DNA from: Paramecium tetraurelia
Taxonomy: Eukaryota
Length of the DNA stretch: 64,000 nt
Direction of reading: 5' to 3'
Assembly: GCA_000165425.1 (NCBI GenBank)
Contig: CT868652.1
Coordinates: 62,001-126,000, forward strand
Both the position numbers and the translations under genes were made by a program. Numbering within the stretch: position 1 is the first letter of the stretch; every line of letters starts with the position of its first letter. Shown one piece after another: positions 1-14,686 of the stretch. The notes under the pieces were generated by a model. That model saw only the letters and a list, made by a program, of their open reading frames with translations. It had not been told where the DNA came from and did not search any database.

Positions 1-761
1 TAAATTAGTTAAATCAGTGGTTGCATTGGTTTAGAAATATTATTGAATCAGTTTTTTTCTCTTTTTAATCACAATCCCTTAAACAATGATGCCTTTGTTA
101 AAGGAAACAAGGATGTCACTGATTAGGAAGAATGTTGTTAATTACATGATAACATCAAAGGAGAAATAGTTTTCCATGTTGTCAAAAGATAATAAAAAAG
201 GAGTGAACCACAGAATTATCAAATTAAGCAATATTCCTAAGGCATCCCAGACAATGATTGCTATGCTCGTTGGCATAATGATTGGGATCCTTGATTAAGA
301 GAGGGATTCTTAAAACATTAAATTATCATATTACCCATGCTTTATTGTTTGTTTCCTTCTTTAAGATATTCATCATTCAAAATTTATTTTTTATTATTCT
401 ATAAAACATATGAGTTTGTAAAAAGATTATTAATAAATTGCTTTTTAATACGTTCTGTTTTCAAAGCCTTCAGAAAATAGTTATAACCTGCAGAATTTCC
501 GATTGTTTTAGATGATTTAAAAGGAGTTGTGGATTCGCAGGTTTTTCTCTAAGCAGTTTGAGTCAATTGTTGTTCCTGTATAACTAATCTTGGTTATCTC
601 AAATTGTGGCGAGTGTTTGATTTGCTCCTTTCACAATCTATTATTTGTCTTTCACTATCTTCTGAAATTTCAGACAATCTGGATGCTGACTCACTTTTAA
701 ACGTAACTTGTTTTGTGATCATCCTTGGCTTTTGATTAGAATATTGATCCTGCTGAAGCAT
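1..761 (-). CDS. Cation channel (EAG/CNG-like K+ channel family), 5' part; runs off the window
   Basis: Code-6 reading from ATG 761 with one tiny intron gives the S1/S2-like segments IPIIMPTSIAIIVWDALGILLNLIILWFTPFLLSF and FFLISDILVSFNKGIIVQG, typical of ciliate cyclic-nucleotide-binding K+ channels. Confidence 0.75.
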
Positions 762-1185
762 ATTTAAAATTAAATAATATATTGGAATTCATTCGCATTA
801 ATAAATCTTTTACCTCTTATAAAGGGATTTAAATTATTGATTAATGTAATATCTAATAATTAATAATATCTCATCTCAGCAATCATAAATCAATTATAAT
901 GAAAGTGTTGATAATTACAATATATGAGATATGATATTTTAAAAATATATTTTGTTTTTACTAATATCCCTTTTATTTCATCCTGGTTTTGTATCTCTAG
1001 AAACTTTCTATAATAATCAATTTAGGTTTAAATTACAGTTTAAAACTATGCACACCAGATGGAATTATATTTAAATATAATTTAATATAATCTTAAAGTA
1101 GATATTTGAAGTAATTAAATTCTGGTATTAAAATATTATTATTCTTTAAATTTAAAAAAACACAAATATCAATTCTTCAATTAGT

Positions 1186-1823
1186 TCAATCATGAATTAT
1201 ACTCGAACTAAAATAATTAGACTTAATATTTACTATGTTGAATTGGGTTCCCATGGGAGAGATCCATCACCTGAAGCGGATCTATAATTTGTCAGCTCGT
1301 CATTTGCCTATCGCATGTTGAAGTTGAGGTTCTCTTTCTGACCTGTGATGATTTACCATTACGCTAAGTTGCTTTCCCCTTAGAATTCCTTGAAACACAC
1401 GCACAAAACTTGAGTTTAGTTTTCAATTTCTGCTGGTTGTTCTTCAAATTTTTGGTGGATTTTTTTCATTGGTTATGGCAATCTGTCGCCAATCGAATAT
1501 GCAAGACCTTGTTAGGGTCTCAATTTCAAATGCTAATAACTAGTAAGGACTTAATTGGTTTATTCTTCAATATCTTGATCGTCATTGCATTCAAACACTT
1601 TCTTAGCTGAAGGATTTGGGCAAGGCACCAATCTTGAATTCAATCTAGTCAAATATGATCTGGATGCTAATTCATATGGCGGATAATAATTTAGAGTGTC
1701 CATTTGATAATTGATTTCCTCCATATAATTTACCTTATTCATTTTGATATTCATCGTCTTCTATTCTATCTGCTCCATATATTGATCCATCTCTTCTCTG
1801 AGTTTGAGTAATGTTTATCTCAT
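1186..1823 (-). CDS. Hypothetical protein (~200 aa)
   Basis: TGA-free code-6 frame from ATG 1823 (MRQTLLKLREEMDQY...), one probable 26-nt GTA..TAG intron near the 3' end, TGA at 1186-1188. Confidence 0.65.
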
Positions 1824-2228
1824 AATTTTATAAAATAATTGTTATTATTATTAATAATACTTCTCAGAAATATGTATACTACATTTTTGGTTTACAATTA
1901 ATTTATACAAAATCTAACTGTTTACAATAATATTCTATTTGATTGAGTTCATCTCCTTCATACTCCATTAAAGTATAGACCACCCCCTCAATTAGTGCAA
2001 AAGATTAGATGCAAATGACTTCTAAGGAATATAGAAACGAAATTATAATGGCAATCATATTATCATTAATCAATCTTGACATATCAATTATAAATTCACT
2101 TAATTAAGTTTTCAATGAATTCTGATAGTAAATAATTTCACTATTATTAGTAATTACTAAAATTAGTGAAATTATGACATATAAATTTCATTTAATTGAT
2201 GATCCGATACAACATAAATTTAAAATAA

Positions 2229-3318
2229 ATGAATTACCTTATAATAGTCACTCTTATACTATACACTGCAGCTGATAAAATCACATGCCCACTTGATATT
2301 GACAAATCAGTAATATGTCCAAATGATAATCAACCTGTCTGTGCATTTTCATCAGATGGATCTGTAAATCTTAATATAATATTATAGTAATTGGGTTCAT
2401 TTGAGAATCCTTGTCTTGCTTGCCGAGCTAATAACGCTAGTTATTATGAAACTGAGAAATGCATCGTGACTTCAGCATCTTTAGAGTCAATCAATCCAGG
2501 CTCAGGAAATATTTCAACAACAACAAACAAATATCAAATCTTCAAATGTGACATTCTAAAATCAGATAATATCGGATGTCCTGCTGTGTAATATATTAAG
2601 TATTAATATTTTTAGTTATAAACCTACTTGTGGATTGTTCGATTCTACCATTCAATGCGTTAAAGCTCCATGTGGTTAAACTTTTGGAAATGAATGTGAA
2701 GCATGTTCTGCCAAGAACATAGATTCCTATTTTTATGGGAAATGCGATGAATTTCCTACTGAGTATCTTTAAATTTTAAATTTCTAGAAATCCAAAAAAT
2801 CCTCTTGAAAGTATCATAAACTATTGTACTGAACCCAGACCTGACATTTGTACTCTAGAGTATACAGATACATGTGCTTTCATTTCGACACCTTGTCTAT
2901 CTGAATCTTGCATGATATCTGCTGGAAACTATTGCGAGGCTTGTTCTAGAAAAAATGTAGTAGGATATGTGAAACAATCTTGTTCTAATTACCTGTAAGT
3001 ATTCATGTTAACTGATTTAGAAAAATGTTTATAGAGGATTACGACTATCCTGAGTACAAGGATAACAACACAAATTAAGATTCAGAAGAAAAGCTGTTTT
3101 GCAGTACATAGAAACCAAGTTCTTGTGATGATAATATTGTGAAAGAAGTGTGTGCAACATATAAATGCAATGATACTACTTGTCTTAAAGAATACTAGAA
3201 TGAGTGCTAGGCTTGTTTGGATTCAACAACTGTCTCGTACGTTTCAGGCAAGTGTTAGAGTTAGACTCTATCTGGAGTAATCCTGGGTTTGGCCTTATTT
3301 GTTCAGTTATTCATGTGA
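2229..3318 (+). CDS. Secreted/GPI-anchored protein with four Kazal-like protease-inhibitor domains
   Basis: Signal peptide MNYLIIVTLILYTAA. Four units: CPNDNQPVC..ENPCLAC, CPAVYKPTC..GNECEAC, CTEPRPDICTLEYTDTC..GNYCEAC, CDDNIVKEVC..QNECQAC. Hydrophobic tail LSGVILGLALFVQLFM-TGA; four tiny introns. Confidence 0.8.
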
Positions 3319-3388
3319 AATAATTAGATATTATATATAAATTGTTTACTATAGATGTATTGGAATAATATCTATAAAATATACAGAA

Positions 3389-4422
3389 TCATTTAATTTC
3401 GGACATTTCTACGTAATTCAATTGTTCGTGATCTGGCAACACTTTTAATGATCTGTGACTTCTTGAAAAGTTCCAAATATTATGATTGATTCCAAAGTAC
3501 TCTTTGTTGCATTCATAACACACCAAGAAAACAGCAACTGGGAGTGTTATCAATGATATCAATTTCAATAAGGAATATATTAAAACCTATAACAAATACT
3601 ATTATACTGTTAACATGGTTGTGGGTATGAAGTAACGAGTGCACTCTATTGTGGTGGAGGATAGGAAGTATGCTAAGGAATCCCAACAGAATTGGACTCC
3701 AAATTACACCAAGCCACTCACTTAAAAGGATAGAGAATTCATTTTTACGTTTTAATATTTTGATCTGGATTATGCGGGTTTCTAATTTAAGCAGTTGATG
3801 GGCAAAGGAATCGTTTTTGTTATCCAACTTTTAATAGGGTGGGTAATCTTACTAAGTACTCCTTGTATTGATGCAACTAATGAACGCACTAAAATCCAAA
3901 GACAAATGCTACGATTGACAACATCAAACCAATGAAAGACATAAACAGGTTCGAGATCTCATTGCACTGATAACTTGTTGTTTTTCCACAATAATATACA
4001 CACTCTCTTGATAATGGTTTACGCCCTGATATAACCAATACAGTCCAATCAAGAACAATCCCAAACGCCCTGCATTAAAAAGTTGCTCATGTTTTTCCTT
4101 TTCCAAAATTACACTTATTAATATTATGCATATTAATAATTCTAACACCAATCCTATGGATCTTAAGCTGATTAGCCAAATGCTGGATTCTACATAATTA
4201 GTAACCAGTACTTGCAAACATAAAGTACAACACTTGGAGCATCATCTAAAATATGCTCATTGCGCACAATGCTTGATCAATTAATAATAAAATCCCATTA
4301 TTCCTCTCAAACATGAGTTTAGCTTTCATTATAAAATAATACAGAATCCCACTACTTATAATCAAATCAATCAAACTCTCTGAGCATTAATAATTGGTTT
4401 AACATTTATATAATGCTCCCAT
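3389..4422 (-). CDS. Multi-pass membrane protein, unknown function
   Basis: ATG 4422 (MGALYKCQTNYQCSESLIDLIISSGILYYFIMK...), several hydrophobic segments such as WLISLRSIGLVLELLICIILISVI, tiny introns; 3' end approximate. Confidence 0.6.
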
Positions 4423-4689
4423 TGAATTTAATTATATTTATATATTATATATTTAGGTTTTAGAGGTAGCAAATATGCGATTTTAACAATAGTTATAAAA
4501 TGGTCTTCTAATTCGAATAATATGTCAAAAGGCTTAAAGTGGAATCAAAAGAGAATTGAAAATATGAAAGATGACCAAATTAAAGTACGCAATATGATCC
4601 TTATAAAAGATTTGATTAATTCAGATATACAAATAATTGAGGTAATTTAATTATTGTTTGTTATGAACTCCGGTGAAATTATTTAAAAC

Positions 4690-6488
4690 ATGAACGATGA
4701 TACTTCTCTTTCATCTGAGGATGAGGAATAGACCTCCAAGATTATTGAGAATGATCCTACGGGTCGTTTTAGTAAGGTATTAAAAATACTATATTTTTTA
4801 GTACAATGAGGAGATCGGCAAAGGGGCATACAAGAGTGTTTATAGAGGTTACGACAACGAGAGTGGATGCGAAGTTGCATGGAATGTGTTTTAATTGATG
4901 AATGTTTCTGGGGGTATTTTAAAATCTAGAATAGTTGTAGATGAAATAAGAAGAGCCAAGTAGGAGATCGCAATATTGAAAACATTGAAGCACAAAAACA
5001 TCATCAGTTTTGTTCATTCGTGGTAGAGCAAATCTAAAAAAGAAATCGTTTTTATCACAGAAATTGTTAATGGAGGTTCGTTGAAAAAGTAAGTTCCACA
5101 CAATTATGAGTTAGTTACCTTAGAAGAATCACCAGACCCAAACTTAAAGTCATCAGATATTGGTGTAAGTAGATCTTGGAAGGATTGGAATACATGCATC
5201 AATAAAACATAATCCATCGAGACTTGAAATGCGAAAACATACTGATTGACACCAACAATAACGAGTTGAAAATCGGAGATCTTGGATTATCAATCTAGTA
5301 ATCATATAACATTAAATAAGAGAATGCAATCAAACAATACAAGTTCAGTATTGGGAACTCCAGAATTTATGGCACCTGAAATTTATCATGGAAATTATGA
5401 CACAAAGGTTGACATCTATGCGTTCGGCATGTGCATTCTTGAAATAGTGACTGGCATGAAACCGTTTTGCGAGTGCAAAGGTGGAACTGCTCAAATCATC
5501 AAGAAAGTGATGGAAACATAAAAGCCTTAGAGTTTGGAATGCATATTGAATGGAAAAATTAAGACCATCATTTTGGAGTAACAACCAAATAATTATATTT
5601 AGATGTCTCAAACCTGCAAATGAGAGACCCACAGCGACCTAACTCTTGCAACAATACTTTTCATCCAGCAACAACGACGAGGACAACTCTCCTGTCCTAT
5701 TGAATGAGTCTCTTCTTAACCAGATATCTCATGATAGCAAAAGTACTCTGTATCTTCATTTTGTAGATTCTTCCTTTTTCAAGAACAACTTATCTAAAAA
5801 CATTGGAGAACTCAAAGGAACTACTAATAATCACATTAATAATAACCTTACCAACTAAACTAATAAACTCATCTCATTACAGGAATTCAATCCTAATTCA
5901 ATGAAACAATCTGAAGTAAGACTTTGTGAATAATAAAATAAGTTAAGCATTGATACTGTAGAAGATTTCTCAATTGAATAATAATTTGGCAAACAATATA
6001 AGGAATACTATGTATTTTATCTTAGTTTATTCATCTAGATCACTCAAAATGACGAAACCTTACTAGACTTAGAATAAAGACAGGAGAGAGAATTGCAATT
6101 ATTGCTCGCATTGCACAAACAACAAAAGGCTGATCTCTCGAACAAACTCCAGTAAACCAACAGAACTACAATTCCATATGGATCTGGGTTTTTGTCACCA
6201 AAATCATTCTCCACATTGTTTGAGTTCAATAATGAGTAGCACCAACAGTTACAAGGCAACTAACAATAACAATAGTTACATCAATCGCAAATTCTAAGAG
6301 TCAGTCCTGTGTGTGATATCACGAATTCTGAAGAAAATGGAAGGAAATTAAACAACAAAGAAGATGATTTGGGCGTTATTTAATCAGTAAGACTGAATTG
6401 TATCTATTAGAAACAACAATGTAAATTTTCTACAGACGTTGTAATGTAATCAAAAGCTTAAAGTGTTAGAACAACTATTTAAGGTTGA
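4690..6488 (+). CDS. WNK-family Ser/Thr protein kinase
   Basis: [38 protein letters not shown] (Lys in subdomain I, AWN in subdomain II), [46 protein letters not shown]-rich C-terminus; multiple tiny introns. Confidence 0.93.
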
Positions 6489-6662
6489 ATATTAACATCA
6501 CTTTAATGTTAATATTAACTATTTATTTATATTTACAATTATATCAAAAAAAACACCCCTTATCTTTATCTTTCCTTTTGCATCAGTCCTACTTTTATTC
6601 TCTGTATATCGTTCAACTTTGAAATCAAAAATATTATTTAAAATTAATTCAAATAATATAAA

Positions 6663-8432
6663 TCAAAGATCTAGCCTGTCACTAGGTTGTGATTAAAACA
6701 TCAACTAAGGTTGTTATGGTTATTGATAGCAAGTCACGTGATAATTTAAGTTTGCGAGATATTATGGGGTGGAATTAAAGTTATTAAATAAGTGATTTGG
6801 CAAATTCAGTTAGGATCGAGTGGGAGGCATTTGATTGAAATTCACTTAACTAGGCTAATTAAAATTCATCTAACTGGGCGGATTGAAATTCATCTAACTA
6901 GGCTGATTGAAATTCACTTAACTAGGCTGATTGAAATTAGCTTAACTGGGCTGATTGAAATTCATTTAACTTTGCATTAAATAAAAGGAATTCATGTTTT
7001 AGTTATCGGAAAGAAAATCAATATTAGGTACCTATTGATTTTGTTATTGACCGAGTTCGACATTTGGATGCAAAACAATGTTATTTTGATAGTTCATATT
7101 GCTATTTACTGGTTAGCCTCCCAAAAAACTGGGTATACCTATTAATTGGTTATTGTTGATTTGATTTTAAGTGTTAACATAATTGTTGAATTGTTCTTAA
7201 TTTAAAAAATAGATAAATCCTTTATCTCTATTCACCAAACAGAAAGATAATTAACTCTAATCTTCATTTTGATTATACTCCAACACTTGATATTAGATTT
7301 GATTACTATTATTGTTACCTTGCTAATTCAAAGTGGAGGGTGTATAGTTTTCAATATTGATGTTGATATTATTAAAATTATTAACATTTTAGACTTTGTT
7401 GTTGTTGGGATTATCCTATAATTGTTATTTAGATTTCAAGGCTCTTCTATCTAATTAAACCTTTTTGGACACCTGATCTTGATGTTCCTATTTGATCTCA
7501 TAAGTAGTGCCATCTTGTTTCATCCTCCACTCTATCTTCTTGATTATGGCTTGGATTTGCTTAATCTCGTCAGGACTTAACTCTTCGGCTGAAGGATCGG
7601 ACATGTACGATTCCTAATTGTCATTATCACTTTCATCTTAGGATTAAGGTATATTTTTGCCGCTCTTCTCCTTTCTCATTAGACAATTAAACCTATTTTT
7701 CACATTGTTCTCGCTTCTCTGTAATTTCAATTTTTTAGATATTAATGCCCACTTTTTTCCATTTTAAATGGCCAATCTCATAAGTTCCAAATCCTCCAAT
7801 TGTTGCCAAGGATTCCTGGTTTATTATAGATTATGTACCTATTAATGGAGGGGTTGAGGTGATTATTCCACCTCTCTCGACATTATTTTCCATTTCTGTG
7901 GACATTGAGACCTGTAGTTTTATTGAGTTCAGTAGCAATTTGACTCCATTTATTCCCTTTGTTCTGAGCCTAGAACTCACTTATTATCCGAACTAATGCT
8001 TCATCTTCATTTTGTCCCCAGGGCGCTTATTGAAGAGGCAATTTCTACATTTACAGCCACTTCTGCTTACACTAGAAGGCGTCTCTTCTCAACATCATCG
8101 ATGATATGTTCTGCCAGTCTTCTTAACACTAAAGACATGGTTATAGTTGAAAACATTACAATTTGTTTGAAATCTCTTTTATGATAGGCCATGTATTTTC
8201 CGATAATCCAGATTAAGACTTTTTTATCTTCATCGGACCAGTTCTTTTTTAATTTGGTGTTCCCCGTCTGGATGCTGCCATAGTTGTTCTTTTAAAAGTT
8301 TGAAATCTCCTGGTTTTCAGGGAATTGTTCTAATCCCAGATTATACAAATCCTTCATATAGGCGAATCTAACATTCGTGATGTCTTTCACTTTATCGAAA
8401 AACTCACTAAACTAATCATAGAAATCTTCCAT
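6663..8432 (-). CDS. Three-repeat Myb transcription factor with Q/N-rich tail
   Basis: R1 KKNWSDEDKKVLIWII..WQNISSMMLRRDAFQCKQKW; R2 PWGQNEDEALVRII..NKWSQIA..RNGKQCRERWNNHLNP; R3 PWQQLEDLELMRLAIQNGKKWALISKKL..RSENNVKNRFN. The 3' end is uncertain. Confidence 0.9.
6828..6971 (-). repeat. Coding tandem repeat, 6 x 24 bp, encoding SQ(M/A/V)NFN(Q/P)(P/M) in the Myb tail
   Basis: Units start at 6828, 6852, 6876, 6900, 6924 and 6948 on +. The minus strand reads SQMNFNQP SQANFNQP SQVNFNQP SQMNFNPP SQMNFNQP SQVNFNQM. Confidence 0.95.
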
Positions 8433-8443
8433 TTTTAATATTT

Positions 8444-11177
<2,734 letters not shown>

Positions 11178-11200
11178 TATTTCTGTTAATTTACAAAAAT

Positions 11201-12144
11201 TCATCCATTCTTATTCACAAGCACCTTACTTTATTTAATTTAAGTAATCATAACTTTTTTTATATTTTCATTCTGGATTACATATAAATATATACCATTA
11301 CTAAATCTCTAAATAGTCTTTTGTCAATTCAATTAGTTATTCTAAAGTGTAGATGATTCGCTTACCTCAAAATACTCTATTTTGCATTTAATAAATCTTT
11401 TACCTAAAGATTTGATTTTTTCGTTGATTTATTTTTCCTGTATAAATAAGGTTATCTCTATCAAATGTATTAGGTTTGCTAGTTGTTTCTATAATCAATA
11501 TAAAGATTTGTCATGGATTAAAGAGTTTATTTTAAATGAATATATATAAAATAAAGTAATGGAAAATCAATGAAATATTTGGATTCTCACTAACAAATTG
11601 GATTTAAATTATGTTTTTCTAGTTGGGCATTTTGTTTTTGAATAATTTGTTTTAAAGATGATATTTCTTGCTTAAGTTCTATTTCCCTTTATTCCCATTT
11701 TTTTGAGGCTTCTTAATAATTGTTCATCATCTTCTTAGTTCTTTCGACAATTTTGTGTAATTACTATTTAAGTTTTTCATTTGTTCCATTCTCTTAGAAA
11801 GGATTGACAGAATTCGATTGTTGTAGTATTTTAAAGCTGCTGTTAGAATTGCCTTTTCCATTTTTCATACCTTAATTAGGACTAGTACTGCTTGCCAAAC
11901 TGATGGTTGTAGATTAACTAGACAATTTTTGTTTGTTCGTCTTGATTGATACTTCCATCTGGGCATTTTCTGTTTTACATCTACTATTAAATATTCTCTA
12001 TCTCTTTTCATTGCTATGTGAACTGTTATTAAAAAATTCGTGAAAACTATTTAAATTTGAGTAGTTTAATATTGTAGGCTAACTATTTTATATTCTGTGT
12101 TTGGATATTTTAACTTTAGGGGTTCTTATTTAAACAGTTATCAT
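11201..12144 (-). CDS. Hypothetical protein
   Basis: Long TGA-poor code-6 frame from ATG 12144 (MITVQIRTPKVKISKHRIQ...), tail-to-tail with VPS34; no recognised motif. Confidence 0.55.
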
Positions 12145-12663
12145 TAAATGAATAATTAATATTATCGTAACATATTGTATTTTTAGGATTCTAGAAAATA
12201 ATTTTATTTGTAAATATGTAAAGCATCAGTAATAAAAAATTAAAGAATGTTTAAGAAGAAGAAAATGCCTATTTAAATGGTCGAGCAAAAAAATAATATT
12301 TTAGTAACAAATACTTTTTTAGTATTTTTACAATAAGAATTGAATATAAATGGCAAGAATAGTTAATTTGATGAATGGCAGTGAGATGAGTTGGTATCTA
12401 TAAATATTTAGACAGTTCATATTTTTACTATATTTTTAATATTATTTTAATATCATTTAATACTTTGATGATTATATGAGATTAAATCAATACTTAATTA
12501 TAAATTATTTCTAAATATTTGGATTTGAAAACTTCGATTTTGATTTTTGTCGAGATCAAATTTTAAATTCATATTTAACTTGAATAAATGATTACCTTAT
12601 CTTTGATTTTAGTTATTTCTATTATTATTTTTGCTAGATATTAGTATTTTTTTAATAATATAT

Positions 12664-14364
12664 ATGCTTGCCTAGAAGAATACAAAAATTTCCAATGATC
12701 ACATTTTGAACGGAAGTTGTGAAATGGAAGACTTAACAAGTAATCCATAAGATGACTGTCTAATAGTTTATCCATACGAATTAGTTAACAGGGAGTTCTT
12801 TGGATTTATCGAGAAGACATCCCTTATCAAGGAAAATTTAGAGCTGTTATCAAAAGTAGGTCAAAATTTAAGATTGAATTATAAAGATTGGCCAACAGCT
12901 GATTAGGCTATCTTACTTTTTTAAAAGAATATGTATCAGTTTTGTTGAATTTCAAGTCAAAATGCTAAGAAAAAGTCAATAAAATGGAGCGATTTCGAGA
13001 AGAAACTCTTTTATTGGATTGTTATGAGATATTATATCTACAAAGGAATCAAGGATAATAAATAGTTAGTATGGAATATATATTAATTTGTAAAGGCTAC
13101 TGAAGAATGGAGAGAAATATCAAAAATCGTTTTAGGAAGGAATGCTCATTAATGTCGATTGAAATGGGAATAAAAATATAAAATACCATTATCAGAAGCC
13201 CCTTGGACCGAATAAGAGGACAACTTACTCTATTAAGTGCATGAGTAAGAGTATTTCTAAGTTTTAGAGAGTTTAAGAAAACAGGTAGGGAGAATAAGTG
13301 GTCTAAAATTTCAAGAGAAATATTTAAAAGATCTAATAATAAAATATTCAGATAACCTAAATAGTGTAGAGAACGATGGATTAACCGTTTGGATCCAAAT
13401 ATTTCGAAGTACCAAAAAGATAATTATTAGTGATCCTTGGAGTAAACAACAAGAAATAGATTTGTTAAAAACAATACTAATAAGAGGTAAGAAATGGTCA
13501 GAACTATCAACTCTTTATGGGAGAGCTAGAACTGAGAATTCTTTAAAAAATAAATACAACTCTATCCTTAAAAAAGAAAAAATAAAGTATGAGTTTGAAA
13601 CAATAAATCCACATTTATTTGAGAAAGTTTAAAAATTGAGAAAAGACTATTCTAAAAGTTATGGTAAAGTCACTCCCATTGAAGAAATCGATAACTATGA
13701 ATGGTAGTTTATAGTTTTAGCAATATAATCATTGTACATAGAAAAATGCATGTAAGAAGGTAAGATTGAAGAGGCTTAAAAAATCAATAATGATAATTTT
13801 TTCGATCTATTTCATGAAGAACCATTAATCAAAACATATAAAAGCATTTTATATAAAAAAGAACTAAATATTAAAAAGGTCGACCAGAATTTGGTTCTTA
13901 ATAATGAAAAGTGTGGAGTTGTAGTATTTAATCATAAAAATAAAAAAGTATTTTTAACACCGTATAATGTGATTGATTTTTAAAATATAGTTTTAAATCA
14001 AATTAAAAAGAAGGTTAAATTGGAAGATAATACGACAACTACATCTACTTAATCTGATCCAACCTAGAATTATATAAGAAATTCAATAGGGACTTAATCC
14101 ATCTAATAACTATTATATTTCACTAATTAGCCTAATTATTTTGTTCCTTTGAGTTAGAGCATTTTCAATAGTTATTGGTTGCCTCCTGTCTTTCCATAAC
14201 AAATTGTAACTTCTTAAGTTTAAAATAATAACGGCATTGGTTGTTAATAATTTTAGGAGAATAAACTAAATGAAAACCATTAGCAATAAAAAGAAGATTT
14301 AAATAACCTTTTTGAAGAAATCGGAGTTGATATCAAAATAGTTAATTCGGATGATGAATAATGA
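12664..14364 (+). CDS. Three-repeat Myb transcription factor
   Basis: KWSDFEKKLFYWIV..WREISKIVLGRNAHQCRLKW; PWTEQEDNLL..NKWSKIS..RQPKQCRERWINRLDP; PWSKQQEIDLLKTILIRGKKWSELS..RTENSLKNKYN; four tiny introns. Confidence 0.9.
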
Positions 14365-14686
14365 TATAAATTAGTGTTCTATATTTTGTCACTATTTAAT
14401 TGATAAATTATTATAATTCATGGTGTATTATCAGATGATATCTTATAGACTAATTAATGTATGTATCAGATGAGTTCCATCTAATCTTTTTAAAACCACT
14501 AATATTATTGGAAAGATAATTCTTTAATGAATTTTTCTAAACACACATAATTGAAATATTACTATAAATAATAAATATTGAGTGAAAATGTCAAATTTTA
14601 AAGGTCAAGAAATTTTAAAATTGTTTGATAATGAAAAGTTATTTCTATATAATCTATGCCAAAAATTTAATAAACTAAAATAAAGT

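Noticed and set aside
6792..6980. Plus-strand ORF with an IEIHLTRL repeat, or a CRISPR-like array
   Set aside because: It is the antisense shadow of the Myb octapeptide repeat. The units are contiguous with no spacers, there are no cas genes, and the host is a eukaryote.
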